Source: a bacterium (lineage in GTDB: Bacteria; UBA8248). Taken from it: DNA of 64,000 nucleotides. Positions 20,661 through 30,954 of this stretch are shown here, in pieces (the stretch's first letter is position 1; the number at the start of each line of letters is the position of its first letter). A program made the position numbers and the translations under genes. The notes below the pieces were generated by a model. It was not told the origin of the DNA. It worked only from the letters and a program-made list of their open reading frames with translations, and did no database searches. The stretch covers positions 2,144,001 through 2,208,000 of the forward strand of contig CBDBBI010000010.1 of NCBI GenBank assembly GCA_965202625.1, written 5' to 3'.

Positions 20661-21515
20661 TCAGGGGATGAAGGCGAGGATGGTTCCCGCGGCGGCGGCC
20701 AGCCCCAGAAACTTTCTGATCGTCATCTTTTCCGAAAGCCGCCATACCGCCAGAAACGCGCTGACGATGAAACTCAGCTGGGCGATGGGCGTGACGATGG
20801 TGGCCTCCCCGTCCCGAAGCGCGGCCAGAAGCGCGACGTTTCCGAAGGTGAAGCAGGCTCCGGTGATGAGGGCGTGTGCCCAGCCCTTTCTGGAGAACCG
20901 GGGGCCGCCCTGCGTCATGGACGCATACGCGAGTGCGATGGCGATGAAGAAGACCGACTGGCTGTGGAGAAACATGGTTGGTGCCACGCCGCCCGAGACG
21001 CCGAGTTTGTAGATGAAGTTCACGAGACCGACGGAGGCCATCGCCGCTACGGCCCACAGGATGGAGGCGCGCCTCTCGGCGGAGAAGCCTGCAAGGCGAA
21101 AATCCGAGAAAAGGAAAATGGCACAGCCCGTGAGGAGGAAGCCGATGATTTTCCGCATCGTGACGCTCTCTCCGAGGAAGCAGATCGCCGCAGCGGCGGT
21201 GACGACGAAGCCCATTCGGTAGATGGGCGTGCTGACGCTCGCCTCCCCCAGGTGCGCGCTTTTCATAAAACTCCAGAAGCCGGTGAAGGTGAACAGGGCG
21301 GCGGCGATTCCCAGAAAGGCGGGACCCGTCCAGGCGTAGGCACCCTCCATGTGTGCCCAGAGCCACGTGGCGGGGACGACGAAACTCGCCTGCGAGACCG
21401 TCATCGTCCCTGGCGATATGCGGTTTCTGACTGCGCGGCCATAGACGTAATCCGCCACCCCGATCAGAAACGACGCGAGAAGTGCGAGCAGGATGAACCC
21501 TGGAAACAGCCCCAT
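20661..21515 (-). CDS. EamA/DMT family transporter
   Basis: About 10 hydrophobic segments in two repeats (LGEASVSTPI / GEATIVTPI). Confidence 0.8.
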   Translation of the reverse strand: MGLFPGFILLALLASFLIGVADYVYGRAVRNRISPGTMTVSQASFVVPATWLWAHMEGAYAWTGPAFLGIAAALFTFTGFWSFMKSAHLGEASVSTPIYRMGFVVTAAAAICFLGESVTMRKIIGFLLTGCAIFLFSDFRLAGFSAERRASILWAVAAMASVGLVNFIYKLGVSGGVAPTMFLHSQSVFFIAIALAYASMTQGGPRFSRKGWAHALITGACFTFGNVALLAALRDGEATIVTPIAQLSFIVSAFLAVWRLSEKMTIRKFLGLAAAAGTILAFIP

Positions 21516-21938
21516 TCTCCCTCCATGTGCCGCGTCCGCCCGCTGTGCTCGGCCCGTGGATCTCTCGCGGCACATGGCGGATGCGTCTCCCGGACGAGGA
21601 TACGCCGGAACGCCCCTTTTCCGCATACCGTCCCCGCCCGGTGCGTTTGCTTCGGCCTTCCGCATCCGCTCCATTCGCTCTGACTTTTCTCTCACAAGGA
21701 TGCGGGCGCGCACTCTCGGAGACCGCGCGCGGGGTTGTGCCCTTGTGCGCATACGGCCGTCTTTTCCTTTCGTTGATGTCGATTCTCCCGCGCCATCTCG
21801 AAAAGGATGCAGGGAGTGTGCCGGAGGTGCTTGAAAAAACGCGCGAAAAAGAGATAATCAAGACGTTGCTTCCACCCTGGACGCAGCCTCCCCCGGTCGT
21901 CGTCCAGGGCCGGGCGGCTGCCCTGCAAGGAGTATCCG

Positions 21939-22826
21939 ATGAGAGGCCGCATGGGGATGGCCCTGGCTTCGTGCCTTCTCGTTTCGCTTTGGAGCGTCCG
22001 CGCGCTGTCGGCGACGCCCGAGGCTGTAGAGAAAAGGCGCATCGCCCGCGTCGTCTCCCATCTCAAGCGATTGGAGAGACCCCGGGACTGGCTTCTGGTG
22101 CGCCGACTCTTCTCCCCCGATTTGAGCGAGCAGAGCGACGCGCTGTCGCATTGCTCTATCGGGGAACGGGAATGGCCCTGGTATCTTTCCTCCGATCATC
22201 TGCGGAACTACGCTTTCTCCGTGGATTTCATTCCGCTCGACATGGACGAGGACGATCGCCTCGAAACCCTGATGGTCATCCAGTCGGACTACGAGAAGGG
22301 CAAGGCGAACTACGTCACCTTCTGTCTGATGGACGATGACGGAAGGCGCCGCGCCCCGCTCGCCTCCTATAGCGACATGAGCCATGGGCGGGAGATCACC
22401 TACCAGATAGCCGACCTGACCGCGGATGGCGCATACGAGTTGATGGTGAACGTGCGGGGAGGCTTGATCGGCCAGCGCTCCGACGCCGTGCGGATCGTCA
22501 AGCTGACGGAAAAGCGCCGCTTTGCGCTCGTGTGGTTCGCGCGCCTGGAGGAGGAGTGGAAATGGCCGATAGCCTACGTGGGGCACAAGGAGGACCGCGC
22601 CGTTCAAAGGAGTGAAAACCTTCGGGCCAGGGCGCGTTTTCGCTTTAACGGACCGGGCAATCCGGTCACCCTCATCCTGAAGGGGGTGAGGAGATACGAG
22701 GAGCGGTTTTTTGATCCGGGCGGTGCGCGGAAGAATTCGATATCGGTCGCCCGGTTTGCGTTCGAGAAATTCTGGCGCTGGAGCAAAACAAAGTCGCAAT
22801 TCGTCCGCGTTTTTGACGCAGGCTGA
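21939..22826 (+). CDS. hypothetical exported protein
   Basis: AAGGAG RBS, signal-peptide-like N-terminus, Ca-binding-like DMDEDDRLE and DLTADGAYE motifs. Confidence 0.6.
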   Translation: MRGRMGMALASCLLVSLWSVRALSATPEAVEKRRIARVVSHLKRLERPRDWLLVRRLFSPDLSEQSDALSHCSIGEREWPWYLSSDHLRNYAFSVDFIPLDMDEDDRLETLMVIQSDYEKGKANYVTFCLMDDDGRRRAPLASYSDMSHGREITYQIADLTADGAYELMVNVRGGLIGQRSDAVRIVKLTEKRRFALVWFARLEEEWKWPIAYVGHKEDRAVQRSENLRARARFRFNGPGNPVTLILKGVRRYEERFFDPGGARKNSISVARFAFEKFWRWSKTKSQFVRVFDAG

Positions 22827-22858
22827 AAGGGCATGTCCTCCCTTCACGAAAGCGCCGC

Positions 22859-24394
22859 GTGAAACCCCCGGTCGTTCCCCGTCCCGTCATGCTCATCGTG
22901 CTGGATGGGTGGGGACTATCCAGTGCGCGCGCCCACAACGCCGTCGCACTGGCCGACACTCCGACCATGGACGCCTTGTGCGCGCATCGCCCCCACACCC
23001 GCCTCATCGCCTCCGGGCGCGCCGTCGGGCTTCCGGACGGCCAGATGGGCAATTCGGAGGTGGGGCATCTGAACCTTGGCGCGGGCCGGGTGGTGGATCA
23101 GGACGTCGTTCGCATCGATCGCTCCATTGAGAGGGGCGATTTTTTTGCGCTTCCCGCTTTCGTGGAGGGTGTGCAGAGGGCGCGCGCACAAGGCGGTGCG
23201 CTGCACGTTCTCGGGCTGGTTTCGGACGGGGGCGTGCATAGCCTTCAGGAGCACGGGGTGGGGCTGGCGCGTCTGGGGAAGAACCTCGGAGTCGAGCGCA
23301 TCTTCGCGCACGTCTTCACGGACGGAAGGGATACGCCCCCCCGTTCGGGGCTGGGGTTCGTCAGTCGCTACGCGGAGAGCCTGCGGCGCGAGGCGGGGGC
23401 GAGAATCGCCACCCTCATGGGCCGCTACTACGCCATGGATCGGGACGAGCGCTGGGAGAGAAGCGCGCGGGCCTACCGCGCCATGGTCGCAGGCGAGGGA
23501 ATCCGCGCGCGAAGCGCCGCTGCGGCGGTGGAAGCCTCCTACGCGCGGGGCGTGACGGACGAGTTCATCGAGCCTGTGGTGTTGCGCGAGGACGGGCTGA
23601 TTCGAAATGGCGACGTCGTGATCTGCATGAACTTTCGCGCGGACAGGGCGCGGCAGCTCGCCCGCGCGTTCACGGAGCGGGGGTTCGACGGCTTCGACGT
23701 TTCGGACAGGCCCTCGACGCATTACGTCTGCATGACAGAATATGACGAGCGCCTCGCCCTGCCCGTCGCGTTTCCGCCTTTGCGGATGCGGGGTCTGTTC
23801 GGCCACGCGCTTGCGGACGCGGGGCGGGCGTGTCTGCGTCTTGCGGAGACGGAGAAATATCCCCACGTCACCTATTTTTTCAACGGCGGCGAGGAGGCAC
23901 CGCTCAAAGGCGAGAGGCGGCGCATGATCCCCTCGCCCAGAGTGGCCACCTACGACCTTCGGCCCCGAATGAGTGCGGAGGAGGTGACGCGGGCGGCGAT
24001 CCAGGCCGTCGAGGACGGGGCGGAGGACGCCATCGTCCTGAACTACGCGAATCCCGACATGGTGGGGCACACGGGCGTGGAGAGTGCCGCCGTTCAGGCG
24101 GTGGGCTTCGTGGACGCCTGCCTCGGGCGCGTTCTCCGGAGCCTCGAACGGGCGGGCGGGGCGGCGGTGGTCACGGCGGACCATGGAAATTGCGAGACGA
24201 TGTGGGATGCGGAAAACGATTGCCCCCATACCGCGCACACGCTGAACGAGACGCCCTGCGTCGTCGTGGCGGGCGGCTTCGGCGGCCCGCTCCGCTCAGG
24301 CGGTGCGCTTTGCGACGTGGCACCCACCCTGCTGGGGTTGATGGACGTTCCGCCTCCGCCCGAGATGACGGGAGTGGATTTGCGGGTTTTGTAG
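22859..24394 (+). CDS. gpmI: 2,3-bisphosphoglycerate-independent phosphoglycerate mutase
   Basis: LIVLDGWG, GQMGNSEVGH, SDGGVHS, GRYYAMDRD, NPDMVGHTG, TADHGN. Confidence 0.95.
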   Translation: MKPPVVPRPVMLIVLDGWGLSSARAHNAVALADTPTMDALCAHRPHTRLIASGRAVGLPDGQMGNSEVGHLNLGAGRVVDQDVVRIDRSIERGDFFALPAFVEGVQRARAQGGALHVLGLVSDGGVHSLQEHGVGLARLGKNLGVERIFAHVFTDGRDTPPRSGLGFVSRYAESLRREAGARIATLMGRYYAMDRDERWERSARAYRAMVAGEGIRARSAAAAVEASYARGVTDEFIEPVVLREDGLIRNGDVVICMNFRADRARQLARAFTERGFDGFDVSDRPSTHYVCMTEYDERLALPVAFPPLRMRGLFGHALADAGRACLRLAETEKYPHVTYFFNGGEEAPLKGERRRMIPSPRVATYDLRPRMSAEEVTRAAIQAVEDGAEDAIVLNYANPDMVGHTGVESAAVQAVGFVDACLGRVLRSLERAGGAAVVTADHGNCETMWDAENDCPHTAHTLNETPCVVVAGGFGGPLRSGGALCDVAPTLLGLMDVPPPPEMTGVDLRVL

Positions 24395-24915
24395 CGGCGG
24401 TGTGCGGGCGTATCCTTGCCCCCATGCGCCGGTTCTGGACGGCGGCCGCCGGATGGGACGACGGCTGGACGTTCACTTGAGGGGTTGATGGACGTTCCGC
24501 CTCCGTCTGAGATGACGGGAGTGGATTTGCGGGTTTTGAGCGGCGGTGTGCGGGTGTATCCTGCCCCCATGCGCCGGTTCTGGACGGTCGCCGCCGGATG
24601 GGACGACGGCTGGACGTTCACTTGAGGGGTTGATGGACGTTCCGCCTCCGTCTGAGATGACGGGAGTGGATTTGCGGGTTTTGAGCGGCGGTGTGCGGGC
24701 GTATCCTGCCCCCATGCGCCGGTTCTGGACGGCCGCCGCCGGATGGGACGACGGCTGGACGTTCACTTGAGGGGTTGATGGACGTTCCGCCTCCGTCTGA
24801 GATGACGGGAGTGGATTTGCGGGTTTTGAGCGGCGGTGTGCGGGCGTATCCTGCCCCCATGCGCCGGTTCTGGACGGCCGCCGCCGGATGGGACGACGGC
24901 TGGACGTTCATTTGA
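24334..24915. repeat. tandem direct repeat, 4 copies of ~145 bp, each starting with the last ~60 bp of gpmI
   Basis: GGGGTTGATGGACGTTCCGCCTCCG recurs at 24334, 24481, 24626 and 24771. Confidence 0.95.
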
Positions 24916-24927
24916 GAGGAGGCGGGC

Positions 24928-25608
24928 GTGAGGACGGAAGTCCCCGATTTCAGGACGCTGTGCGAGATGTTTCATCAGGAGGTGGAGGGGCTGAGCGACG
25001 CCCAGCTGGATTGGGAGGACCCCTCTGAGGAGTGGTCGGGCTGGAGCGCCAGGCGACAAATCAGTCACGTGGCGCTCGCCTATTTTTTCTGGTGGGTGAA
25101 GATGTGGGGCAAGACGCTCTGGCCGGAGGACCCGCCGGAGGACCCGGTGGATTTCGCAAAGGCGGCGCCTGATGCGTATGACCGAAGGCTGGATGAGGAA
25201 AAATACTGGAATCTGGAGGATTTGCTTCCCAAATTCGACGAGGCCCTCCGCTTCGCCGAGCGCGCCGCCGAGGGACGAGGCGCGGAGGATTTGCGGACGC
25301 TTTCCATCACCCGCGCGTTCAAACGGGAGCTGATGATGGGGGACACGAATCTGCCGGTCTATCGGTTCTGGTCGCACGTCTCCACGTTTCACGACGAGGG
25401 GATATCCCAGGACGCGGAGGATGAGACGAAGTTCACGTTCACTCTGGGCGGAACGCTTCGGCAGATGTATTGGGAGGCGTTGGCGCATTTGCGGACGATT
25501 CAGCGTCTGAAGCGAAAACAGGGGCTCGCCCTGCGCGTCGAGGTTCCCAGAGAGGGCCTGTTGCTGGATCCGTTTTTCTGGGGCCCCGAGGACGAACCCA
25601 GAATGTGA
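24928..25608 (+). CDS. DinB superfamily protein
   Basis: EGLSDAQLDW, WSARRQISHV, EALAHLRTI; GAGGAGG RBS. Confidence 0.65.
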   Translation: MRTEVPDFRTLCEMFHQEVEGLSDAQLDWEDPSEEWSGWSARRQISHVALAYFFWWVKMWGKTLWPEDPPEDPVDFAKAAPDAYDRRLDEEKYWNLEDLLPKFDEALRFAERAAEGRGAEDLRTLSITRAFKRELMMGDTNLPVYRFWSHVSTFHDEGISQDAEDETKFTFTLGGTLRQMYWEALAHLRTIQRLKRKQGLALRVEVPREGLLLDPFFWGPEDEPRM

Positions 25609-25843
25609 GGGGACGCGCTTTTCGCGCCGGGCCTTCCGGACGGCCGCTTTGCTGACGCTGTTTTCAAGTGCGCGAGGGCGTGTAAAAAAACCGGGCCTTC
25701 CGAGCGGCCGCTTTGCTGATGCTGTGGATGCAGCCATCGCTTGGGTGCCCATTCGTTCATCCAGCGGGCTTTGAGAGGGGGCGGGCGCGCCCGCCCGGTT
25801 CCTCTCTGTTCCGCCTGGTCCCGCCTCGTTCCAGGAGAGCCTG

Positions 25844-26644
25844 ATGCCATGCGTCTCGCTGCGCTCCAACACAAAGATTTTCTATGACGTCTATGGGGAG
25901 GGCCCGCCCCTTCTGCTGGTGAGCGGAACGGGTCACGACCACACGTTCTGGTCGGGGCAGCTGCCCTTGTTGCGCGCGGATTATCGTTGCGTCGTTTTTG
26001 ACAACCGGGGGGTTGGCAAGAGCGATGCGCCCGCTCCGGGATATTCCCTCGCCGACATGGCGGACGACGCCGCCGGCGTCCTGGACGCCGCAGGCGTCGA
26101 GTGCGCCCACATCATGGGTTTTTCCATGGGCGGGCACATTGCCACCGAGCTCGCCCTGCGCTACCCCGGGCGCGTCGTCAGCTTGGGACTTCACCACACC
26201 TGGGCACGAAACTGCGCGCGTCTGGGCTCTTTTCAGCGTGCCCGCAAGCGTCTGGCCGCGCGCGGCGAGCGCGAAGCGCTCGTGGAACTCAGTCTCCTGG
26301 GGCTTTACTCCCATGAATTCTACGATGCGAACGCCGACTTGCTGGAGCAAAAAAGGATGTGGCTCACCGAACAATCCGGTGCCGACCTAGGCTGGGAGGG
26401 GCAGCTGACCGCCTGCCTTGAAGGCGATACGCTCGAGCGTCTCCATCACATCAGGGTTCCCACCCTTATCACTTGCTCGGACCGAGACCTCATCGTTGAT
26501 CCCCATCATGCGAGGGAGATGCACGCGCGCATCAAGCACTCAAGGCTCATCGTCATGGAGGGGACGGGCCACGTGGCGCTCATCGAGAGGCCCGACGCAT
26601 TCGCCCGGATTTGCCATGCGTTCCTCGCCTCTGTCCCCACTTGA
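25844..26644 (+). CDS. alpha/beta hydrolase
   Basis: DNRGVGKS, GFSMGG nucleophile, GTGH. Confidence 0.9.
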   Translation: MPCVSLRSNTKIFYDVYGEGPPLLLVSGTGHDHTFWSGQLPLLRADYRCVVFDNRGVGKSDAPAPGYSLADMADDAAGVLDAAGVECAHIMGFSMGGHIATELALRYPGRVVSLGLHHTWARNCARLGSFQRARKRLAARGEREALVELSLLGLYSHEFYDANADLLEQKRMWLTEQSGADLGWEGQLTACLEGDTLERLHHIRVPTLITCSDRDLIVDPHHAREMHARIKHSRLIVMEGTGHVALIERPDAFARICHAFLASVPT

Positions 26645-26692
26645 CGGAGAGAGCCATTGCGCACAGCGTTCTTTTGACGCGAATGAGGGGAG

Positions 26693-27274
26693 CTATGCTC
26701 CTGGTCCTGGATGGGCTTGACCCATCAGGGGCAGAACCTTCCTAGCGCGTGTGAATTCGCATCGCTTCCATTCTTCGATCAGCGCGACGTATTCCTTATG
26801 CTTCGCTATAAGGCATCTGTCCAGTCCGGCAATATCTCCCGTCTGTATCTTTTGTTGGATTCCAAGGGCTTCATCGGAGAGTGTGAGCAGGTAGATTCTA
26901 GCTTGTCGGTATACCTGCTTCAACGCCATTCCCTCAAGGTCGGCCTGTTTGTAGCGCTCTCTCAACGACGTTTTCATCGTCAGCACAACGGGTCGCTTCG
27001 GGTCATAAAGCACGAGATCAAAATCCGCGTTCGGCACGCGCTCAAACCTCGCCTGGTAGTAAAACGGCGCGACGTTCTCTTGCGCCAGAGTCTCGCAAAC
27101 GAGATATTCGAATATCCGCCCGTTGACGCTCGGATTGTTGGGGTAGTTGGCCCTGTAGGTATCGTAAACCTGTTCTATGAACTTATGCGGTTCACCGTAA
27201 TTTATATCTTCCAGCAAGGCATGGTATATGTGCCCGCTTGCGCCGGTTGTGATTTCTGTAATTTTAGACTGCAT
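26693..27274 (-). CDS. putative type II restriction endonuclease (PD-(D/E)XK)
   Basis: GRIFE...DFD...KTSLRERYKQ resembles CCGG-family enzymes; directly downstream of an MTase; lower GC. Confidence 0.7.
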   Translation of the reverse strand: MQSKITEITTGASGHIYHALLEDINYGEPHKFIEQVYDTYRANYPNNPSVNGRIFEYLVCETLAQENVAPFYYQARFERVPNADFDLVLYDPKRPVVLTMKTSLRERYKQADLEGMALKQVYRQARIYLLTLSDEALGIQQKIQTGDIAGLDRCLIAKHKEYVALIEEWKRCEFTRARKVLPLMGQAHPGPGA

Positions 27275-28107
27275 TCTTGACGTATCCGTTTGATGGACAA
27301 TTCACAGTACTTTTCCTCAAGTTCCAGCCCCACTCCATTCCGCCCGTTTAGAATGGCCTCGATCATTGTGGTGCCGCTCCCGAGGAAGGGGTCGAGGATG
27401 GTGTCCCCCCTGAATGAGAAGAGCTTGATGCAGCGCCTGGGTAGCTCTCTGGGGAACGGAGCTTCGTGACCGACCCGCTTTGCGGACTCTCCGTTGAAGG
27501 TCCACCGTCCTCCCGTCCAGTCCTTGAACTCGTCTGCGGTGATGTCGTTTTGACCCTGCCTCTCTCTTTTCCACTCGTCTTTGTAGAGGACGATGATTGT
27601 CTCCACGGGGGCTATCACGTGAGGGGCTGATGCTGACTTCCAACTCCCCCAGGCCGTTCGTCGGGAAGTATTCCCCTCGTTCCAGATGATGGTCGCGTGG
27701 TATTTCCAGTCGACCTCCAGGGCTGCCTGGGTGACGTCTGACGATAGCGGTTGCTTGCCGTTTTTGTTCTTGTCGAGAGAGACGTTCACGCATAGCCTCC
27801 CTGTCCGCTTGGTCCAGTGGTAGACGTTTGTGAGCCAGGTGCGGGTGAAGTCCCTGTATTCTTTGAGGGACATGGTGTCGCCTTCCTCGCTCCCGTCGTA
27901 GGGCTTGGATAGGTTGTAGGGTGGGGAGGTGACCGTGAGGTCCACGCTCTCCCTTGGTAGCGTGTGTGGGTTTGTCGCGTCCGCTTGAGTTATTTGATGA
28001 TGGATGCGTGATTCCCGCTCAGCCATAGAGGAGCCTGCAGAGGAAAATAAATTTGCTCGCCGTTGCAGACTGGCTTGGCTCATAGCAAGTATTCCAAATG
28101 AATTCAC
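27202..28107 (-). CDS. DNA amino-methyltransferase, beta class (N4-C/N6-A); true start may be 28083 or 28026
   Basis: TSPPY precedes HEAPFP and DPFLGSGTT. Confidence 0.9.
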   Translation of the reverse strand: MNSFGILAMSQASLQRRANLFSSAGSSMAERESRIHHQITQADATNPHTLPRESVDLTVTSPPYNLSKPYDGSEEGDTMSLKEYRDFTRTWLTNVYHWTKRTGRLCVNVSLDKNKNGKQPLSSDVTQAALEVDWKYHATIIWNEGNTSRRTAWGSWKSASAPHVIAPVETIIVLYKDEWKRERQGQNDITADEFKDWTGGRWTFNGESAKRVGHEAPFPRELPRRCIKLFSFRGDTILDPFLGSGTTMIEAILNGRNGVGLELEEKYCELSIKRIRQECSLKLQKSQPAQAGTYTMPCWKI

Positions 28108-28240
28108 CTCATTTAACTTTCATATTGTCATGCTTCATCCCCGGAGGTCAAGCGCATGAAACGCGAGGTTTTGTGAATTATCAGAGGCCATCGCCTTAGG
28201 CCGTGGGGGACGACTCCGGAGCGTGATTTGACAAAAATCT

Positions 28241-28975
28241 TTGACTTGGGGCAAGAACGATTCGGCACGGCTTTTTTGGACGATAACGCCAGGCGGCCCC
28301 GGGGCTGGAAAGCGAGGTGTCCCCATCATCAAGAAAATTCTTGGCTGGTTCTTGAAAAAGAACAGGCCTCCCTTCGGGGGCGACCCGCCCGAGGCGCGCC
28401 CGACCTTCAGCCTGCCCATGGCCCCGGACCAGGCGGTGCAAGAAGCCCTTTTCAGCGAGAAGGTCAAAGCCCACGCGGAGTGGCTCGATAGTGCCGGCGC
28501 GCGCGGGGAGCGCGCCGAGTTTGATAACGCGCGTCTTGAGCTCGTCAGTCTGTTTCTCGTGAATCTCTCCAGGGCGAGTTTGCGGGGCGCGCGCCTTGTC
28601 CGCGCCCACGCGCAATGGGCGAACCTGGGCGGGGCGGACCTCTCGAACGCTCGTTTAGAAGGCGCCGACCTGTTTCAGTCGAGCTTAGAAGGGGCGAATC
28701 TCACCGGTGCTCGAATGGCCGAGGCGAACATGATGTCGACGGACCTGAAATTCGCAAATTTGACGAACTCTGATCTAAGAGGGGCGGACCTGCGCGGCGC
28801 CTCGTTACAGCGGGCGAAGCTCACGGGCGCCCATCTGGCGGATGCCCTCGTTCACGATGCAGACTTGGAGCTTGTCGACGTCCGGGGCGTCGATCTCTCT
28901 GGTGTGCGGGGGCTGACGCCCGCGCAGGCCAAAGTCGCGCTCAGGAATGAGAAAACGCTCTTTCCGGATGCGTGA
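28241..28975 (+). CDS. pentapeptide repeat protein
   Basis: Long A(D/N)LxG repeat tract; start uncertain. Confidence 0.85.
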   Translation: MTWGKNDSARLFWTITPGGPGAGKRGVPIIKKILGWFLKKNRPPFGGDPPEARPTFSLPMAPDQAVQEALFSEKVKAHAEWLDSAGARGERAEFDNARLELVSLFLVNLSRASLRGARLVRAHAQWANLGGADLSNARLEGADLFQSSLEGANLTGARMAEANMMSTDLKFANLTNSDLRGADLRGASLQRAKLTGAHLADALVHDADLELVDVRGVDLSGVRGLTPAQAKVALRNEKTLFPDA

Positions 28976-29261
28976 GAGGAATGCGCCGCAGATGATGTTT
29001 CTCATCCTGCGCGGTTGTCTTGTTTTGTTTATGCGAGAGCAGGGGCTCCATTTCTGATGAAGACACGATCTCTTTGAACCCATAATTCAGACGCTGGTTT
29101 TCCTTTTTTGGGCTTGTGCATAATCCGTCGCACAAAATGTCCAGCGCGTTTTTATAGGGGGTTTTTGCAGCCCGATTGATACGCTCTTCTACGGAATCCT
29201 GCCCTTTTTCCGTCTTTTTACTTTTGTGGGATTCGGTTTATGATGCGCTCTCTCAGGATGA

Positions 29262-30371
29262 ATGAAAGGGAGCGGCATGCGGCGGACGATGCAGACGGTG
29301 GGCGCCGAAATTGATTTGGTGGAGCACTATTACGAGCGGGGCTTCTCGGACGGGCTTCCCGTCGTTCCGCCCACACCGGAGAAAATCGACGCTGCCATCT
29401 CGGCCTTGGGGGGGGAGGGAGACCTCATCGAGTGCCGCGTGCCCCCGCGCTGGGGCAATCTCACGAGAGAGGTTCTGGCGATCAACATGGTGATGGCGGG
29501 CTGCAAGGCGGAATACGCATCCGTCACGCGCGCGGCGATGCGCGCGATTTGCGACCCCCACTTCAACCTGAACGGCGTCCAGGCCACTACCCACATGGCG
29601 TGTCCTCTCATTGTCGTGAACGGACCAGTGCGGGGCGAGATCGGCATGAACGCCGGCGGCAACGTTTTCGGCTCGGGCAACCGCGCGAACGCGACCATAG
29701 GCCGGGCGGTGCGAATGACGCTCCTGAACGTGGGTGGCGCGTGGCCGGGCGACCTCGACAAGAGCACGCTGGGCTGTCCTACGAAATACACCTATTGCAT
29801 CGCCGAGAACGAGGAGGCGAGCCCTTGGGCACCCTATCACGTGGAGCAGGGCTACGCGCCCGAGGATTCCACGGTCCTCGCCATCGCGGCCGAGGCGCCC
29901 CACAGCGTAACGAACCATGTCTCCGACGACCCCGAGGGAGTGCTCGACAGCATTTGCTCGGCGATGAGCACGATCGCGCACAACAATGCGGTGAGCAGCG
30001 GCTCGTGTGCCGTCGTCATAGGCCCCGAGCACGCGGCTACTATCAGCTTGAAGGGCTGGACGCGAAACGACGTGAAGAGCTATCTGTGGATGCACACCAA
30101 AAACACGTTCGCCGACATTTCGTTTAACCACCGCTACGGGAAGGTCTATAACCGCAATATCCCCAGGTGGTATAGGCGCGAGGCGGACGCGCGCATTCCC
30201 ATCGTGCCGAGTCCGGAGAACATCCATTTGTTCGTAGCGGGGGGAGAGGCGGGCCGTTTTTCCGCCTTCATTCCCGGCTGGGGCCACATGACGAATCCGG
30301 TGCTGCGGGCGATTGACGGCAAAGCGCCCGAGGGCGGGCATGCCTGCTTGGATGGCGCCTGTTTGCTTTAG
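29262..30371 (+). CDS. UGSC-associated conserved protein
   Basis: SDGLPVVPPT, AINMVMAGC, NRANATIGRA, CIAENEE, C-terminal CLDGAC; precedes the UGSC gene. Confidence 0.75.
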   Translation: MKGSGMRRTMQTVGAEIDLVEHYYERGFSDGLPVVPPTPEKIDAAISALGGEGDLIECRVPPRWGNLTREVLAINMVMAGCKAEYASVTRAAMRAICDPHFNLNGVQATTHMACPLIVVNGPVRGEIGMNAGGNVFGSGNRANATIGRAVRMTLLNVGGAWPGDLDKSTLGCPTKYTYCIAENEEASPWAPYHVEQGYAPEDSTVLAIAAEAPHSVTNHVSDDPEGVLDSICSAMSTIAHNNAVSSGSCAVVIGPEHAATISLKGWTRNDVKSYLWMHTKNTFADISFNHRYGKVYNRNIPRWYRREADARIPIVPSPENIHLFVAGGEAGRFSAFIPGWGHMTNPVLRAIDGKAPEGGHACLDGACLL

Positions 30372-30397
30372 AGCGGATCGAGAACAGGAGGGAAACC

Positions 30398-30952
30398 ATG
30401 AGCGACCTCATCACCGGCCAAATCGTCTATGACCCCCGAGGGGTGGTCGAGGCCGAGCCCCAGCCTATCGCGCCGCGCGTCCGGAATTTGAAGGGTCTCA
30501 ATCTCGGCGTCCTAGACAACACGAAATGGAACGCGCGCAGGCTTCTTGAGAAAACCACGGCGCTGATGGAGGCGGAGTGCCCCTTCGCGCAGGTGCGTTA
30601 CTACAAAAAGGAGAGTTTTTCCAAGAACGCGGCGCCTGCGCTGATTGCCCAAATCGCGCAGGAGAACGACGTTGTCCTCACGGCGATTGGCGACTGAGGC
30701 TCCTGCACCTCGTGCTGTATGCACGACGCGGTCTCCCTGGAGCAGGTGGGGTTGCCCACCGCTGTGGTGGTGACGGATGTTTTTCTGCATGAAGCCCACG
30801 TGCAAAGGGCGGCGTTGGGGATGGACGGTCTCGACCCCGTGGTCATCAAGCATCCTCTGAGCACGCTCTCGGATGAGAAAATATCAGCGCGAGCGAGCGA
30901 TGCGGCTCGGCAGGCGTTAAAAGTCCTACTTAGCGAATATATCACCCTTTGA
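30398..30952 (+). CDS. UGSC-family selenoprotein (Sec at TGA 30695-30697)
   Basis: Track ORFs 30398-30697 and 30719-30952 are in frame; readthrough gives IGD-U-GSCTSCCMHD; hairpin TCGTGC-TGTAT-GCACGA at 30710-30726. Confidence 0.9.
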
Positions 30953-30954
30953 CG

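Noticed and set aside
24334-24915. CRISPR array
   Set aside because: Whole 145 bp units are near-identical, there are no unique spacers and no cas genes are in the window
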